Shown in pieces: positions 45,645 through 55,072 of a stretch of 64,000 bases of DNA (position 1 is the first letter of the stretch; the number at the start of each line of letters is the position of its first letter). Source of the stretch: Escherichia phage muut. Both the position numbers and the translations under genes were made by a program. The notes under the pieces are model-generated. The model searched no databases. It was given only the letters and a program-made list of their open reading frames with translations, and was not told the origin of the DNA. The stretch lies in sequence record NC_052657.1; one strand, written 5' to 3'.

Positions 45645-46589
45645 ATGCCTAATATTATTCTTGACACACGCGGAAATGAAAAGTATAGTGTATGTGATTT
45701 TCATAGAATCATTTTGCCATATAAACGCAAACTGACCATTAATCCTAAGCATAATATTTTTGTGTTCAATGGAGTACCAACACGTGGAAAGCCAGGTTTC
45801 CTGGCTCTTAAACAACTTGGGTTTAAATTGGTAATGGATCTGGATGATTCTTTAATTATTCCTGAAGGGCATATGCTTGAAGGATTATTTGAAAATCAAA
45901 TCCGAGATGACCTAAAATGGTTCCTTGAAAGAAGTGATCTTGTAACTACAACAACTCCGGCATTAAAGGTTGAATTAAGCCAATACAATGATAATGTACA
46001 TATTGTGCCTAACGGACTACCTTTTGATGAAGGACAGTTTGTTCTTACTAAAGATCGTTATTCTAAAAGTCCACTGGTTTGGGCGGGAAGTGAAACACAT
46101 AAACATGATTTAGCAATTCTTCCTGATTTTGGTAAAGATTTAACTTTATGTGGATTTCGTAGAGATCACGAAGAGTTGAGTAGTGCTCAATGGTTGCAAA
46201 TTAAAGAAGATATTCAACCAGATTGTGTTTATGAAGGTATTCGTCCTTATGAGTGTTATATGGAAGCATACGATGGTCATCAAATCTCCATAGCTCCGTT
46301 AGTAAATAATCATTTTAATAATGCCAAAAGTAATTTAAAAATTCTTGAAGCTGGTGCTAAAGGTTTGCCACTCGTTTGTTCACCACGAGAGAACTACTAT
46401 ACTGAAGAATTTAAAGATCTAATCTTCTTTGCTGATTCAGTTAAAGAGTGGAAAGATATTGTAGAATACTTAATCGAATCTCCTGATGTTTGTATTGAGA
46501 AAGGATTAGCTCTTGCTAAGTATGTAAGAGATAACTACAATATTGATGATTTAAATGAAACCCGCAGACTGCTTATCGAGGATTTATAA
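45645..46589 (+). CDS. Glycosyltransferase-like protein, tandem paralog 2
   Basis: LTKDRYSKSPLVWAGSETHKHDL and NNAKSNLKILEAGAKGLPLVCSP. Confidence 0.55.
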   Translation: MPNIILDTRGNEKYSVCDFHRIILPYKRKLTINPKHNIFVFNGVPTRGKPGFLALKQLGFKLVMDLDDSLIIPEGHMLEGLFENQIRDDLKWFLERSDLVTTTTPALKVELSQYNDNVHIVPNGLPFDEGQFVLTKDRYSKSPLVWAGSETHKHDLAILPDFGKDLTLCGFRRDHEELSSAQWLQIKEDIQPDCVYEGIRPYECYMEAYDGHQISIAPLVNNHFNNAKSNLKILEAGAKGLPLVCSPRENYYTEEFKDLIFFADSVKEWKDIVEYLIESPDVCIEKGLALAKYVRDNYNIDDLNETRRLLIEDL

Positions 46590-46858
46590 TGAACACTTTT
46601 GATTTTGAGTATAAACAAGATAATAAAGAACCTATTATTGTTGAAGTAGATTACTATTATGAAGAACCTAACCCTTTCTCACGAGAAAGTGATTGGGATT
46701 ATTATGGTGGTCTTATTGTTGATGGTATTAGATTTTATTCTGGTACAAAAGAACTTTTTGATATAGATATTTCCCCATCGGAAATTGTTTACCAATTTAA
46801 GAAACATATGGAAGATTTGGAAATGCAATATATTATGGAGACAAACGAATCATTTTAG
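46589..46858 (+). CDS. Hypothetical protein (89 aa)
   Basis: ORF, translationally coupled. Confidence 0.45.
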   Translation: MNTFDFEYKQDNKEPIIVEVDYYYEEPNPFSRESDWDYYGGLIVDGIRFYSGTKELFDIDISPSEIVYQFKKHMEDLEMQYIMETNESF

Positions 46859-46870
46859 TAGGAGAATCCT

Positions 46871-48643
46871 GTGTCTTATGTTGTAAATAAATATGGGTAT
46901 AACATTGATCTAAGTCAAGAAGGACATACTGGGTGTCCTCGTTGTATGAAAGGAGGGCGTGATCGATCACAAAACAATTTGATGGTATATGGCTTAGATG
47001 CCGATGAAGACCATCGAGGCGCACATTGTTTTTCTTGTGGCTTTACTATCCCTGATCAAAAATGGTTAAATGCGCACGGCGAAGAAATTGAAGAGGAGGA
47101 TATCTTGGGTAGTGAGTTTAATCCAGAAGTACATGATAAACTAAAAGCCAGCACTGGAACTAATCCAAAAGGTTATCGCGGTATTCGTGAAGATATCTCT
47201 AAGCCTTTCGGTGTACGCTATATGTACGATGAAGCTACTGGCGAAGTAATTTCAACACTATACCCTACAACTAAAGATTACAATATTGCTGGGTATAAAC
47301 AACGTATCGATCCAAAAGATTTCTCACATCCTATCGGTGAAACAGGAAAGGATTGTGATCTTTTTGGGGAGTTTAAATATCGTAACCACAGCGGTACTAT
47401 TCTAATCGTTGGTGGTGAACACGATATGCTGGCTGCAACACAGATGCTAAAAGATTATAACAAGGGTGGTAAATATCCTGTTCCTGCTGTAGTATCTGGT
47501 ACTTGTGGCGAAACATCTCTGCATAAGCAGCTTCAACATCGTTATAAATTCTTAGATCAATTTAAAAAGATTGTTCTATGTATGGATAATGATGAAGCTG
47601 GACGTGCAGCAGTTGAGAAATGTGTTAAAATCTTACCACGTAATAAAGTTTACGTGATGGAACTAACGGATGTTAAAGATCCTAACCAGGCACTAGTAGA
47701 AGGAAAAATTGATCATTTTATTGATCGCTTTTTCAAAGCTAAATTGTACACACCTGCTGGTGTTTACGCTTCTAACGTACTGTATGAAGCAGCCTTGGAA
47801 TGCCTGGAAGCTAAAATGATCACCCTTCCTCCATTCATGCGTGTTGCTTCTAATATGTTAGGTGGAGGCTTGGTAGAAGAAGAAATTACTGTTATACTTG
47901 CAAAAACAAGTATCGGTAAGACACTGTTGGTTAACGAGATTACAAAGCACATTATTCTTGCACATCCAGAACATACTCTTGGTATTTTATCTTTGGAGGC
48001 AACGTATAAGAAGTATTCTCGTAACTTACTGTCTTCATTCTTGCATATCCCTCTTCACCGTAAAACGAAAGAAGAGAAGGAAAAGATTTTAAAAGATAAT
48101 GAAGAAAAGATTCGTGATTTTTACGAACGAGAAGATGGAACACCACGTTTCTATGTTTGTGATGATCGTGGAGCTAACGTAGATGTGATTAAAGAGAAGG
48201 TTCTGGAAATGATTATTTATTTCGGAGTAACCATTCTTGTTATCGACCCTTATTCTGATTTGCTTTCTGGTATGGACGTGTCACAACAAGAGGAACTTGC
48301 GACGTGGCTGAAACGCATTATGAAAGAGTATGCAATAACCATTGTTGTAATTTCACACGTTAAAAAGTCTTCTAACAATAGTAATGAACATATTGTAGAA
48401 GATGATGCAATGGGTAGTAGCTTCCTTGCTAAAGGTGCTGGTATCACAATTGCGCTGGAGCGTGATAAACAAGCTGAAGATCCTATGGAACGTAACCGCA
48501 CATATTGCTACATTCTAAAGAACCGTGAGTTCTCAGAGACTGGTGCAGCAGGTAGTTTCTTCTATGAGATTAAAACAGCTACACTTCACGATTACGATCA
48601 ATACACAAGTAACCCAGAGAACATCTCTGCTGGTTCTTATTAA
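46871..48643 (+). CDS. DNA primase-helicase (T7 gp4-like: zinc-binding primase plus DnaB-like helicase)
   Basis: N-terminal CPRCMKGG...CFSCGF zinc finger; C-terminal P-loop AKTSIGKT; GTG start after GGAGAA. Confidence 0.7.
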   Translation: MSYVVNKYGYNIDLSQEGHTGCPRCMKGGRDRSQNNLMVYGLDADEDHRGAHCFSCGFTIPDQKWLNAHGEEIEEEDILGSEFNPEVHDKLKASTGTNPKGYRGIREDISKPFGVRYMYDEATGEVISTLYPTTKDYNIAGYKQRIDPKDFSHPIGETGKDCDLFGEFKYRNHSGTILIVGGEHDMLAATQMLKDYNKGGKYPVPAVVSGTCGETSLHKQLQHRYKFLDQFKKIVLCMDNDEAGRAAVEKCVKILPRNKVYVMELTDVKDPNQALVEGKIDHFIDRFFKAKLYTPAGVYASNVLYEAALECLEAKMITLPPFMRVASNMLGGGLVEEEITVILAKTSIGKTLLVNEITKHIILAHPEHTLGILSLEATYKKYSRNLLSSFLHIPLHRKTKEEKEKILKDNEEKIRDFYEREDGTPRFYVCDDRGANVDVIKEKVLEMIIYFGVTILVIDPYSDLLSGMDVSQQEELATWLKRIMKEYAITIVVISHVKKSSNNSNEHIVEDDAMGSSFLAKGAGITIALERDKQAEDPMERNRTYCYILKNREFSETGAAGSFFYEIKTATLHDYDQYTSNPENISAGSY

Positions 48644-48653
48644 GGAGAAAAAT

Positions 48654-49049
48654 ATGAAAGACAACGAAAACATCCTCTATGGGGTATGCCCTTCTGCTTT
48701 AGCGTATGATTATACGAAAACTATTGCTAAGTTTAAATTTCAAGACGGATCAGAATTAGAACCATACGGTTATGCTTATGGTGAACATTTGTGGTTTGAG
48801 GATGGTTGTCTATACCTTCTCATTCAAACTACCAGTGGTTTTGTGGGAGAGCTTGTAGATCGTATGTTGAAAAATGTCAGTGATAAAGTTATTCTTGATA
48901 TCACTAGTAAGGATGAAAACATTAATAACATTGTTTCCACTTTTAATGGTTTGACAGGCACTGTTAAAATTGAACGTGTAGGCTTGAGAAATACCAATGG
49001 TGTCCCTAATTGCCTTATTAAAGTACAACTAAGTGCTGACAATAAATAA
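48654..49049 (+). CDS. Hypothetical protein (131 aa, start trimmed)
   Basis: ATG after AAGGAGAAAAAT. Confidence 0.5.
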   Translation: MKDNENILYGVCPSALAYDYTKTIAKFKFQDGSELEPYGYAYGEHLWFEDGCLYLLIQTTSGFVGELVDRMLKNVSDKVILDITSKDENINNIVSTFNGLTGTVKIERVGLRNTNGVPNCLIKVQLSADNK

Positions 49050-49052
49050 CAA

Positions 49053-49073
49053 GAAGGGGCGAAAGCCCCTTTA
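49053..49073 (+). terminator. Hairpin/terminator (AGGGGC-gaaa-GCCCCT)
   Basis: Perfect stem with a weak T-run. Confidence 0.4.
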
Positions 49074-49139
49074 CAAAACAATTAATTTGTGGTACAGTAT
49101 TAACAAATTAAGACTTTAGAAATATTTTAAGGAGGGAGA

Positions 49140-51719
49140 ATGGGAGCTTTTACTTTCGACATTGAAAGTAACAACTTGCTTAATGACGAAAGTGTAGATT
49201 ACTTGGCAAGTCCATATCGTTTAAAAGATAGTTTTGCAATGCACTGTATTGTGTGCGAAAGTCATGATACTGGAGAGATTATTGCTTTCCATGATGGTGA
49301 TAAATATCTTTTCGATGGTCGTCCGTATGTTGAGACTGACGGAAAGTATGAATACCGACTGGAGGAATATGAGCATTTAGAATATACCCATTTCCCTCTT
49401 AAAGATTTTCCTGATTTTGTAAATGGAACAGGTAAATTTAAAGGTAATTCAAACTATAAAATTACCAAAGTAGTTGGACATAACATCATTAACTTTGACT
49501 TACTGGCAATTAAATTATTTTTTAAACTCAACTACAGTATTAAGTACAATACTTGGGGTAATAGTAACATTGAAATTTGTGATACTATGATCTTAAGCAA
49601 GACACTAAACCCTGATCGCTTCGGTGGTCATAGTCTGGCAGAGTTATCTAAGAAAGCTGGAGGGGATGTTAAAATTGATTTTAGAAAAAACATCCCTGAA
49701 ACTGAAAGATTTAAAACATTTGCAGCAGATATGCTGTATTACTGTATTTACGATAACAAAGCTAACACCGCAGTGTTCCGTTATTTGATGGAAGAGTGGG
49801 GTGATTATAATAAGTGGTCTGAACCATTTAACTTAGAACAACGTGTAGCTGATATTATTACACGTCAAGAGCACCGTGGCTTTGCTTTCAATATGAAACA
49901 AGCAGAAGATAATATTCGTGATCTGGATGCTCGAATGGAAGCATGTCGTTTAGAGGCAGAACCTGTGCTACCTCCTAAACCTGCTACCAAAGGTTATTTG
50001 AAATCATTCATTCCACCTAAACTACAGTTTAAAAAGAATGGTGAACCTTCAAGTAACATGATAAAGTTTGCAGAGAAACATTCTGGTGAACTTGTACAAA
50101 AAGAAGATGGTTGGTGGTTATTTGCACTAGGTAAAGAGTTTAAACTACCTATTCCAGCAGAAGAACCTATTTGTGATCCTACAGTACCTGCTACTTTAGA
50201 CGACACTACACATATTAAAAACTGGTTAGTTGGTTTAGGTTGGAGTCCATCTGAATATAAAGATAAAGATATCACTCTTAAATCTGGCACTAAGATTAAG
50301 AAAGATGAAGCACAAATGGAGAAAGCTATTCGTGACTATGTTGATCAAACGTTAGCATCTAATTTCTGCCAGGACAGATGTGATCATCTGGAGTGCACAC
50401 CAGAAACTTTGGAATGGAAACTAAGAGATCGTATTGCTAAAGCTAAAGGTCGTGGTGTTAAAGTGCTTACTAACCCTTCCTTTACAAAAGGGCAAGAGAA
50501 AGATATTTGTCCTAACTTGGAAGCACTAGGTGAAAAGTTTCCTTATGCTACGCAGATTGTGCAGTATCTTACGTATAAACACCGTAGGAACTCTATTCTA
50601 GGGGGTGGTGCTGATTGGGAAGAAGATGAAGAGGATTATGATAAAGGTTATCTGGCAGCAGTAAGGGCTGATGGTCGTATACCAACTCCTGCTGCAACGT
50701 GTGATGCAGCTACATCTCGTATGAAACATAGGTTAGTAGCAAATATCCCACGTGTAACATCTCTGTACGGATATGAAATGCGTAACTTATTTGGTGTAGA
50801 AGTTCCAAAATACTTCCAAATTGGTTATGACTTTGATTCTCTTGAGGCAAAAATAGAATCACACTACTGTTGGCGGTACGAGCAGGAACCACACGAATAT
50901 TGTAATGCTCTATTATTGGAAAAACCTAATGATGTTCATACAATGATGGCTCGACGTATTTCTGATACTATTGGGCGTAAGTTTGAACGAAGCCCTGCTA
51001 AATCTGTTAAGTATGGTATTACTTATGGTGCTCAAGCTGCAAAAGTAGCAAAAACTATAGGTAGTGATATGTATACAGGACAGCTTGTATACGATGCTTT
51101 CTGGGAAGCTGCAAAACCTCTTGCACTTCTTAAAGAACGTCTGCATGATTTTTGGGTTAAAACAGGTAAGAAATACATTCTTGGTATTGATGGTAGAAAA
51201 GTACCTACACGATCTGCACACGCAATACTTAACTCTCTGTTTCAGAGTGGTGGTGTTATTTGTGCAAAAAGAGCAATGGTTATCTACGACGATCTTATCG
51301 AAGAAGAAGGATTAGCTGTTGACTTTTTTGTTGATGACTGGAAAAATAAGTCATTCGTTCAACAAATGATTGCATATCACGATGAAGCACAGCTTGAAGT
51401 AACTCGTGATCTGGTGCATTTTAAATGGTTCTCTAAAGAATCTTTAGGTTGGACTCAAGTTGATGATCCAGATGAACAAAAGAAAATTGATAAAGAATGT
51501 TTGGATAAAGTTAATGCCTGGAAAGAAGAGGAAGAGAAACGTACTGGCAAGATTTGGGCTAACGTACATGAGTCTCCAAAAGGTGGTTGGTTTACAGCCT
51601 ACAGTCGTGCTGGAGAATTAGCATCTATCGCTGTTAATAAAGCTGGTGAGTATTACAATCTTAATGTACCTCTCACTGCTGGTTACGATGTTGGTAACTC
51701 ATGGGCCAGTTGTCACTAG
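49140..51719 (+). CDS. Family A DNA polymerase (Pol I / T7-like)
   Basis: Motif A-like YDFDSLEAKIESH, motif B KSVKYGITYGAQAAKVAK, motif C AYHDEAQLEV. Confidence 0.8.
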   Translation: MGAFTFDIESNNLLNDESVDYLASPYRLKDSFAMHCIVCESHDTGEIIAFHDGDKYLFDGRPYVETDGKYEYRLEEYEHLEYTHFPLKDFPDFVNGTGKFKGNSNYKITKVVGHNIINFDLLAIKLFFKLNYSIKYNTWGNSNIEICDTMILSKTLNPDRFGGHSLAELSKKAGGDVKIDFRKNIPETERFKTFAADMLYYCIYDNKANTAVFRYLMEEWGDYNKWSEPFNLEQRVADIITRQEHRGFAFNMKQAEDNIRDLDARMEACRLEAEPVLPPKPATKGYLKSFIPPKLQFKKNGEPSSNMIKFAEKHSGELVQKEDGWWLFALGKEFKLPIPAEEPICDPTVPATLDDTTHIKNWLVGLGWSPSEYKDKDITLKSGTKIKKDEAQMEKAIRDYVDQTLASNFCQDRCDHLECTPETLEWKLRDRIAKAKGRGVKVLTNPSFTKGQEKDICPNLEALGEKFPYATQIVQYLTYKHRRNSILGGGADWEEDEEDYDKGYLAAVRADGRIPTPAATCDAATSRMKHRLVANIPRVTSLYGYEMRNLFGVEVPKYFQIGYDFDSLEAKIESHYCWRYEQEPHEYCNALLLEKPNDVHTMMARRISDTIGRKFERSPAKSVKYGITYGAQAAKVAKTIGSDMYTGQLVYDAFWEAAKPLALLKERLHDFWVKTGKKYILGIDGRKVPTRSAHAILNSLFQSGGVICAKRAMVIYDDLIEEEGLAVDFFVDDWKNKSFVQQMIAYHDEAQLEVTRDLVHFKWFSKESLGWTQVDDPDEQKKIDKECLDKVNAWKEEEEKRTGKIWANVHESPKGGWFTAYSRAGELASIAVNKAGEYYNLNVPLTAGYDVGNSWASCH

Positions 51720-51855
51720 TATCTATTTGATTTTAAAGGAGTTTTATGTGGAACAATCTGTGATTGCCAAGGTTGTTCCGCACTTTTAAACCATTTCATA
51801 ATTAGATGTTTGAACATCTAGAATAACGCAAAGACCATAAGAGATAGGAGAAAAT

Positions 51856-52449
51856 ATGAATATTGAAGATCAAAAAGTACGAGCTTTAGAAGTATTACGT
51901 ATGTGCCAACTGGTAGATCCGTTTGCAATTGTAGCTGGCGGCGCTGTACGTGATTGGCGATTAGAGAAACCTGCGCAAGATATTGATATTTACTTGCGTA
52001 TGCCTAACCACAATACACTCGTACTAGTAGAGAAATTTTTGATGTTGGGTGTTGGTGCACGTAATGTTAAACAACTTACTAAGCAAACAGAACACACTTA
52101 TGCCGAACTACCACATTTGAAATGGGTATTTGAAGCATACTATAAAGATCTTAAGTTTAACTTTATGATCATGGAAGAAGGTGTACGCAGTGAAATCGTA
52201 TGGAACTTTGATGTAGCTATTTGCCTGTGTTACTGGGATGGTCAAAATTATGTATATCATCCAGATTTTGAATTTGCACTGAAAACTAATATTTGTACTA
52301 TTAATCACCGCTACACAGGTAAAGAAGCACACGTCCGTAAAATGGCAGAACGTTTCCCTATGTTCCGCTTTGTAAAAGACGTTTTCATTCCCAAAGAACC
52401 AGAAGTACGTACACTGGATTCATTTAACAACGAAGAATTTAAGATTTAA
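51856..52449 (+). CDS. Pol-beta-superfamily nucleotidyltransferase (CCA-adding/poly(A)-polymerase-head-like)
   Basis: VAGGAVRDWRLEKPAQDIDIYL matches the GGxVRD...DxD head motif of tRNA nucleotidyltransferases. Confidence 0.5.
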   Translation: MNIEDQKVRALEVLRMCQLVDPFAIVAGGAVRDWRLEKPAQDIDIYLRMPNHNTLVLVEKFLMLGVGARNVKQLTKQTEHTYAELPHLKWVFEAYYKDLKFNFMIMEEGVRSEIVWNFDVAICLCYWDGQNYVYHPDFEFALKTNICTINHRYTGKEAHVRKMAERFPMFRFVKDVFIPKEPEVRTLDSFNNEEFKI

Positions 52450-52492
52450 GTGTTGACAAACATTATAATTATGTGTTATTATGAGGACTTGA

Positions 52493-52891
52493 ATGACAGA
52501 TAATCGTTCTAAAATCTTAGTCGAGACGTTCTACAGTAGAGAAACTAATCGTCTTGAGCTAACTAAAAAAGATGTTGAACCTCAAGATAATACCTTTTTT
52601 ATTCAAATACTATGTCTCTTTGGTGGATACAATCGTTTAACAGTGAGAGTAGAAAACAAAGAGATATCTGAAACCACTATCACAAAACGTGAACTAATGC
52701 TACTACAGGATACAATACGAGATGTTTTGGATAATCCTGGAAAAGCAAAAGTAATTAACCTTGGTGGAGAAAAGATACAAATCCTCCATTTCGAAAGTGG
52801 TGAAATAGGATTTGGTATTGGTCTTGGTAAATACCTGTTGGAAGAAACTGACGCTACTCTTTTACGAGAGTTTTGTGTTAAAGTAATGTAA
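52493..52891 (+). CDS. Hypothetical protein (132 aa)
   Basis: ORF. Confidence 0.5.
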   Translation: MTDNRSKILVETFYSRETNRLELTKKDVEPQDNTFFIQILCLFGGYNRLTVRVENKEISETTITKRELMLLQDTIRDVLDNPGKAKVINLGGEKIQILHFESGEIGFGIGLGKYLLEETDATLLREFCVKVM

Positions 52892-52907
52892 TTATAGAGG
52901 AGAATTT

Positions 52908-53855
52908 ATGCCAGTAATTAATTCTGAAATCGACCGTCGTACTAAAAAAGAAGCATTCTGGGCTGAAGGTATCGTTGAATATGTCAAACTAGATAAGTTT
53001 GATGAAATGAAAGTCTCTTATATTAAGGTTGCAGGTCAGCCAGATAAGAAAATTGAATCAACTCACAAAGCATCCCTGCTTATTAAAGAGAAAGGTGCTG
53101 GTGCTGATGATAAAGGTGTTTGGGTTAGCCTAGGTGAAGTTAAACTGCACCCAGAACATGAAAACCTGCAAGTTAAAGATGGTGATAAGTGGATTACTAT
53201 CGAAAAAGGTGTAGAAGTAACTATGGATGTTAAACCTTCCGAATGGAATGGCAAAACATACTACAACTCCTCTAAAGGTAAAATCACTGTTCTTTCAACA
53301 GAAGGTGTTCAGCAAGCACAATCTTCTTCAAAAGGTGGAAATAAGCCATCTAATAACGAAGGTAGCAAGCCTAACTACAAAAAACGTGATACCGTAGGGA
53401 TTGAAACAGGACACGCTGTAAACGGCGCTCTGGAGCTTCTACGTGCTGGTGTGAAAGGTGATGCTTTCGACTTGGCTGGTGTGGTACAATCTGCAACTGT
53501 TACTCTGAAAGCAGAAATTGCTAAAGATCGTGGCGTTGATGTGACTGACTATGATCTTGGTGCTTCAGTTGGACACGCAATTCTTAACGCTTGTCGTGAT
53601 CATACAGGTAAAACTGTAACGGCAGAAGAGATTATTGAAGCTGCTCGTGAAGTTCTTGCTTTGTCTGATAAAGTAGCTGCTGCTATCCGTGGAATGTCTA
53701 CCCCAGTACAAGAAGTTAAGAAAGAAACTAAAAAAGTAGAGAAAAAAGAGCCAGCACCGAAAGAACCAGAACCTGTTGTTCAAGATTTCGATGATGATAT
53801 CCCATTTGCTCCTATTGGTTTGCAGTATGGTCGAAATTTCCTGCACTGTTTCTAA
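52908..53855 (+). CDS. Hypothetical protein (possible ssDNA-binding protein; 315 aa)
   Basis: Position among replication genes and an acidic C-terminal tail (QDFDDDIPF); no diagnostic motif. Confidence 0.4.
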   Translation: MPVINSEIDRRTKKEAFWAEGIVEYVKLDKFDEMKVSYIKVAGQPDKKIESTHKASLLIKEKGAGADDKGVWVSLGEVKLHPEHENLQVKDGDKWITIEKGVEVTMDVKPSEWNGKTYYNSSKGKITVLSTEGVQQAQSSSKGGNKPSNNEGSKPNYKKRDTVGIETGHAVNGALELLRAGVKGDAFDLAGVVQSATVTLKAEIAKDRGVDVTDYDLGASVGHAILNACRDHTGKTVTAEEIIEAAREVLALSDKVAAAIRGMSTPVQEVKKETKKVEKKEPAPKEPEPVVQDFDDDIPFAPIGLQYGRNFLHCF

Positions 53856-53875
53856 TAGTTAAATATTGTGTGAAT

Positions 53876-53903
53876 ATAAGGAGCCTAACGGCTCCTTTTC
53901 TTT
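53876..53903 (+). terminator. Rho-independent terminator (AAGGAGCC-taac-GGCTCCTT + T-run)
   Basis: Perfect stem followed by TTCTTTG. Confidence 0.55.
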
Positions 53904-53915
53904 GAAGGAGATATA

Positions 53916-54647
53916 ATGAGCGAATTTGTAAACAACACCGCATTAAACTACCTGCAAACCCTCGAAAGCAATAGTGTAGATTTGATTCTTACTGACCCAC
54001 CATATGCTATTTCTCGTGACACAAATTTTCAGTCTGGAGAGCCTACTGGAAAAGATACGGATAGATTCCGTGTATCTTACAACTTCGGTGATTGGGATGT
54101 TGTAGATATTCCTTACTTTAAAGAAGTATTCAAAGAAGCCTACAGGGTGCTTAGAAAAGGTGGTACTTGCATAGTTTGGTATGATATCTGGAAGATCCAG
54201 GAACTACGTGAAATCCTTGAACCGCTTGGTTTTCGTATGTTCCGTACCATCGAATGGATTAAAACAAACCCTGTACCCATCAACAGTGGTGTTAACTACC
54301 TTAGTAACGCTAAAGAGATGGCTATTGTTTGTGTTAAAGGTTCGAAACCAACCTTCAATGCTTCCTACCATAAGGGTGTGTTTGAGTATCCTATCTATCA
54401 AGGAGCAGATCGTTTTCATCCAACACAAAAACACTTGACTTTGTTTTGTGACCTTATTAATATACACACCAACGAAGGAGATGTAGTCTTAGACTTCTTC
54501 TCTGGAAGTGCAACAACACAAGTTGCGGCACTTTTAACAGGTAGAGAATACTTAGGCTGTGAAGCCGATGTAAATATTTTTAAGCAAGCGGAGGAACGAC
54601 TAAATGAGTACACTGAACAGCAAAATCACCCTGAAAGCACTGATTAA
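53916..54647 (+). CDS. DNA methyltransferase (N6-adenine or N4-cytosine, beta class)
   Basis: DPPY motif (LILTDPPYAI) upstream of the SAM-binding motif VLDFFSGSATT. Confidence 0.7.
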   Translation: MSEFVNNTALNYLQTLESNSVDLILTDPPYAISRDTNFQSGEPTGKDTDRFRVSYNFGDWDVVDIPYFKEVFKEAYRVLRKGGTCIVWYDIWKIQELREILEPLGFRMFRTIEWIKTNPVPINSGVNYLSNAKEMAIVCVKGSKPTFNASYHKGVFEYPIYQGADRFHPTQKHLTLFCDLINIHTNEGDVVLDFFSGSATTQVAALLTGREYLGCEADVNIFKQAEERLNEYTEQQNHPESTD

Positions 54648-55035
54648 CAATGGTATGAACCTGGACTCTGGTCTGTCTCCAAAGATTTCTATGGCACGAC
54701 TGGAACAAGTTACTGGTCTTCGTCAAGTAAGTAATGGCGGTAAGATTATTCGTGATGACGCTGTACCTTTTAATAAGTTTCAGATTGAACGTCATTACGA
54801 TCCTGTAACTGCAAGCCTCACTGGTGTAACTTTCTCAGGTTATCGTACTGCCGGATACCAGCGTAAAGTTGTAGCTGAACGTATTAAGAGTCGCAAACAG
54901 AAAATTGCGACATTGAAGAAACTGGTAGAGAAAGATGTTTCAGAACTTCTTAACCTGTATGAAACTCTTGAGACAAAAGGTGAAGATCATAAACTCTTCT
55001 CTAAAGAAGATGTAAGCGTAATTTTCACTGATTAA
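54604..55035 (+). CDS. Hypothetical protein (143 aa)
   Basis: ORF with GGAGGA ribosome-binding site; overlaps the methyltransferase 3-prime end by 44 nt. Confidence 0.45.
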   Translation: MSTLNSKITLKALINNGMNLDSGLSPKISMARLEQVTGLRQVSNGGKIIRDDAVPFNKFQIERHYDPVTASLTGVTFSGYRTAGYQRKVVAERIKSRKQKIATLKKLVEKDVSELLNLYETLETKGEDHKLFSKEDVSVIFTD

Positions 55036-55039
55036 GATA

Positions 55040-55072
55040 AAAGAAAAGGAGCCTAATGGCTCCTTTTTGTTT
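55040..55072. terminator. Bidirectional terminator between convergent gene blocks (AAGGAGCC-taat-GGCTCCTT)
   Basis: Perfect stem flanked by an A-run and a T-run; lies between the last plus-strand gene and the first minus-strand tail gene. Confidence 0.6.
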
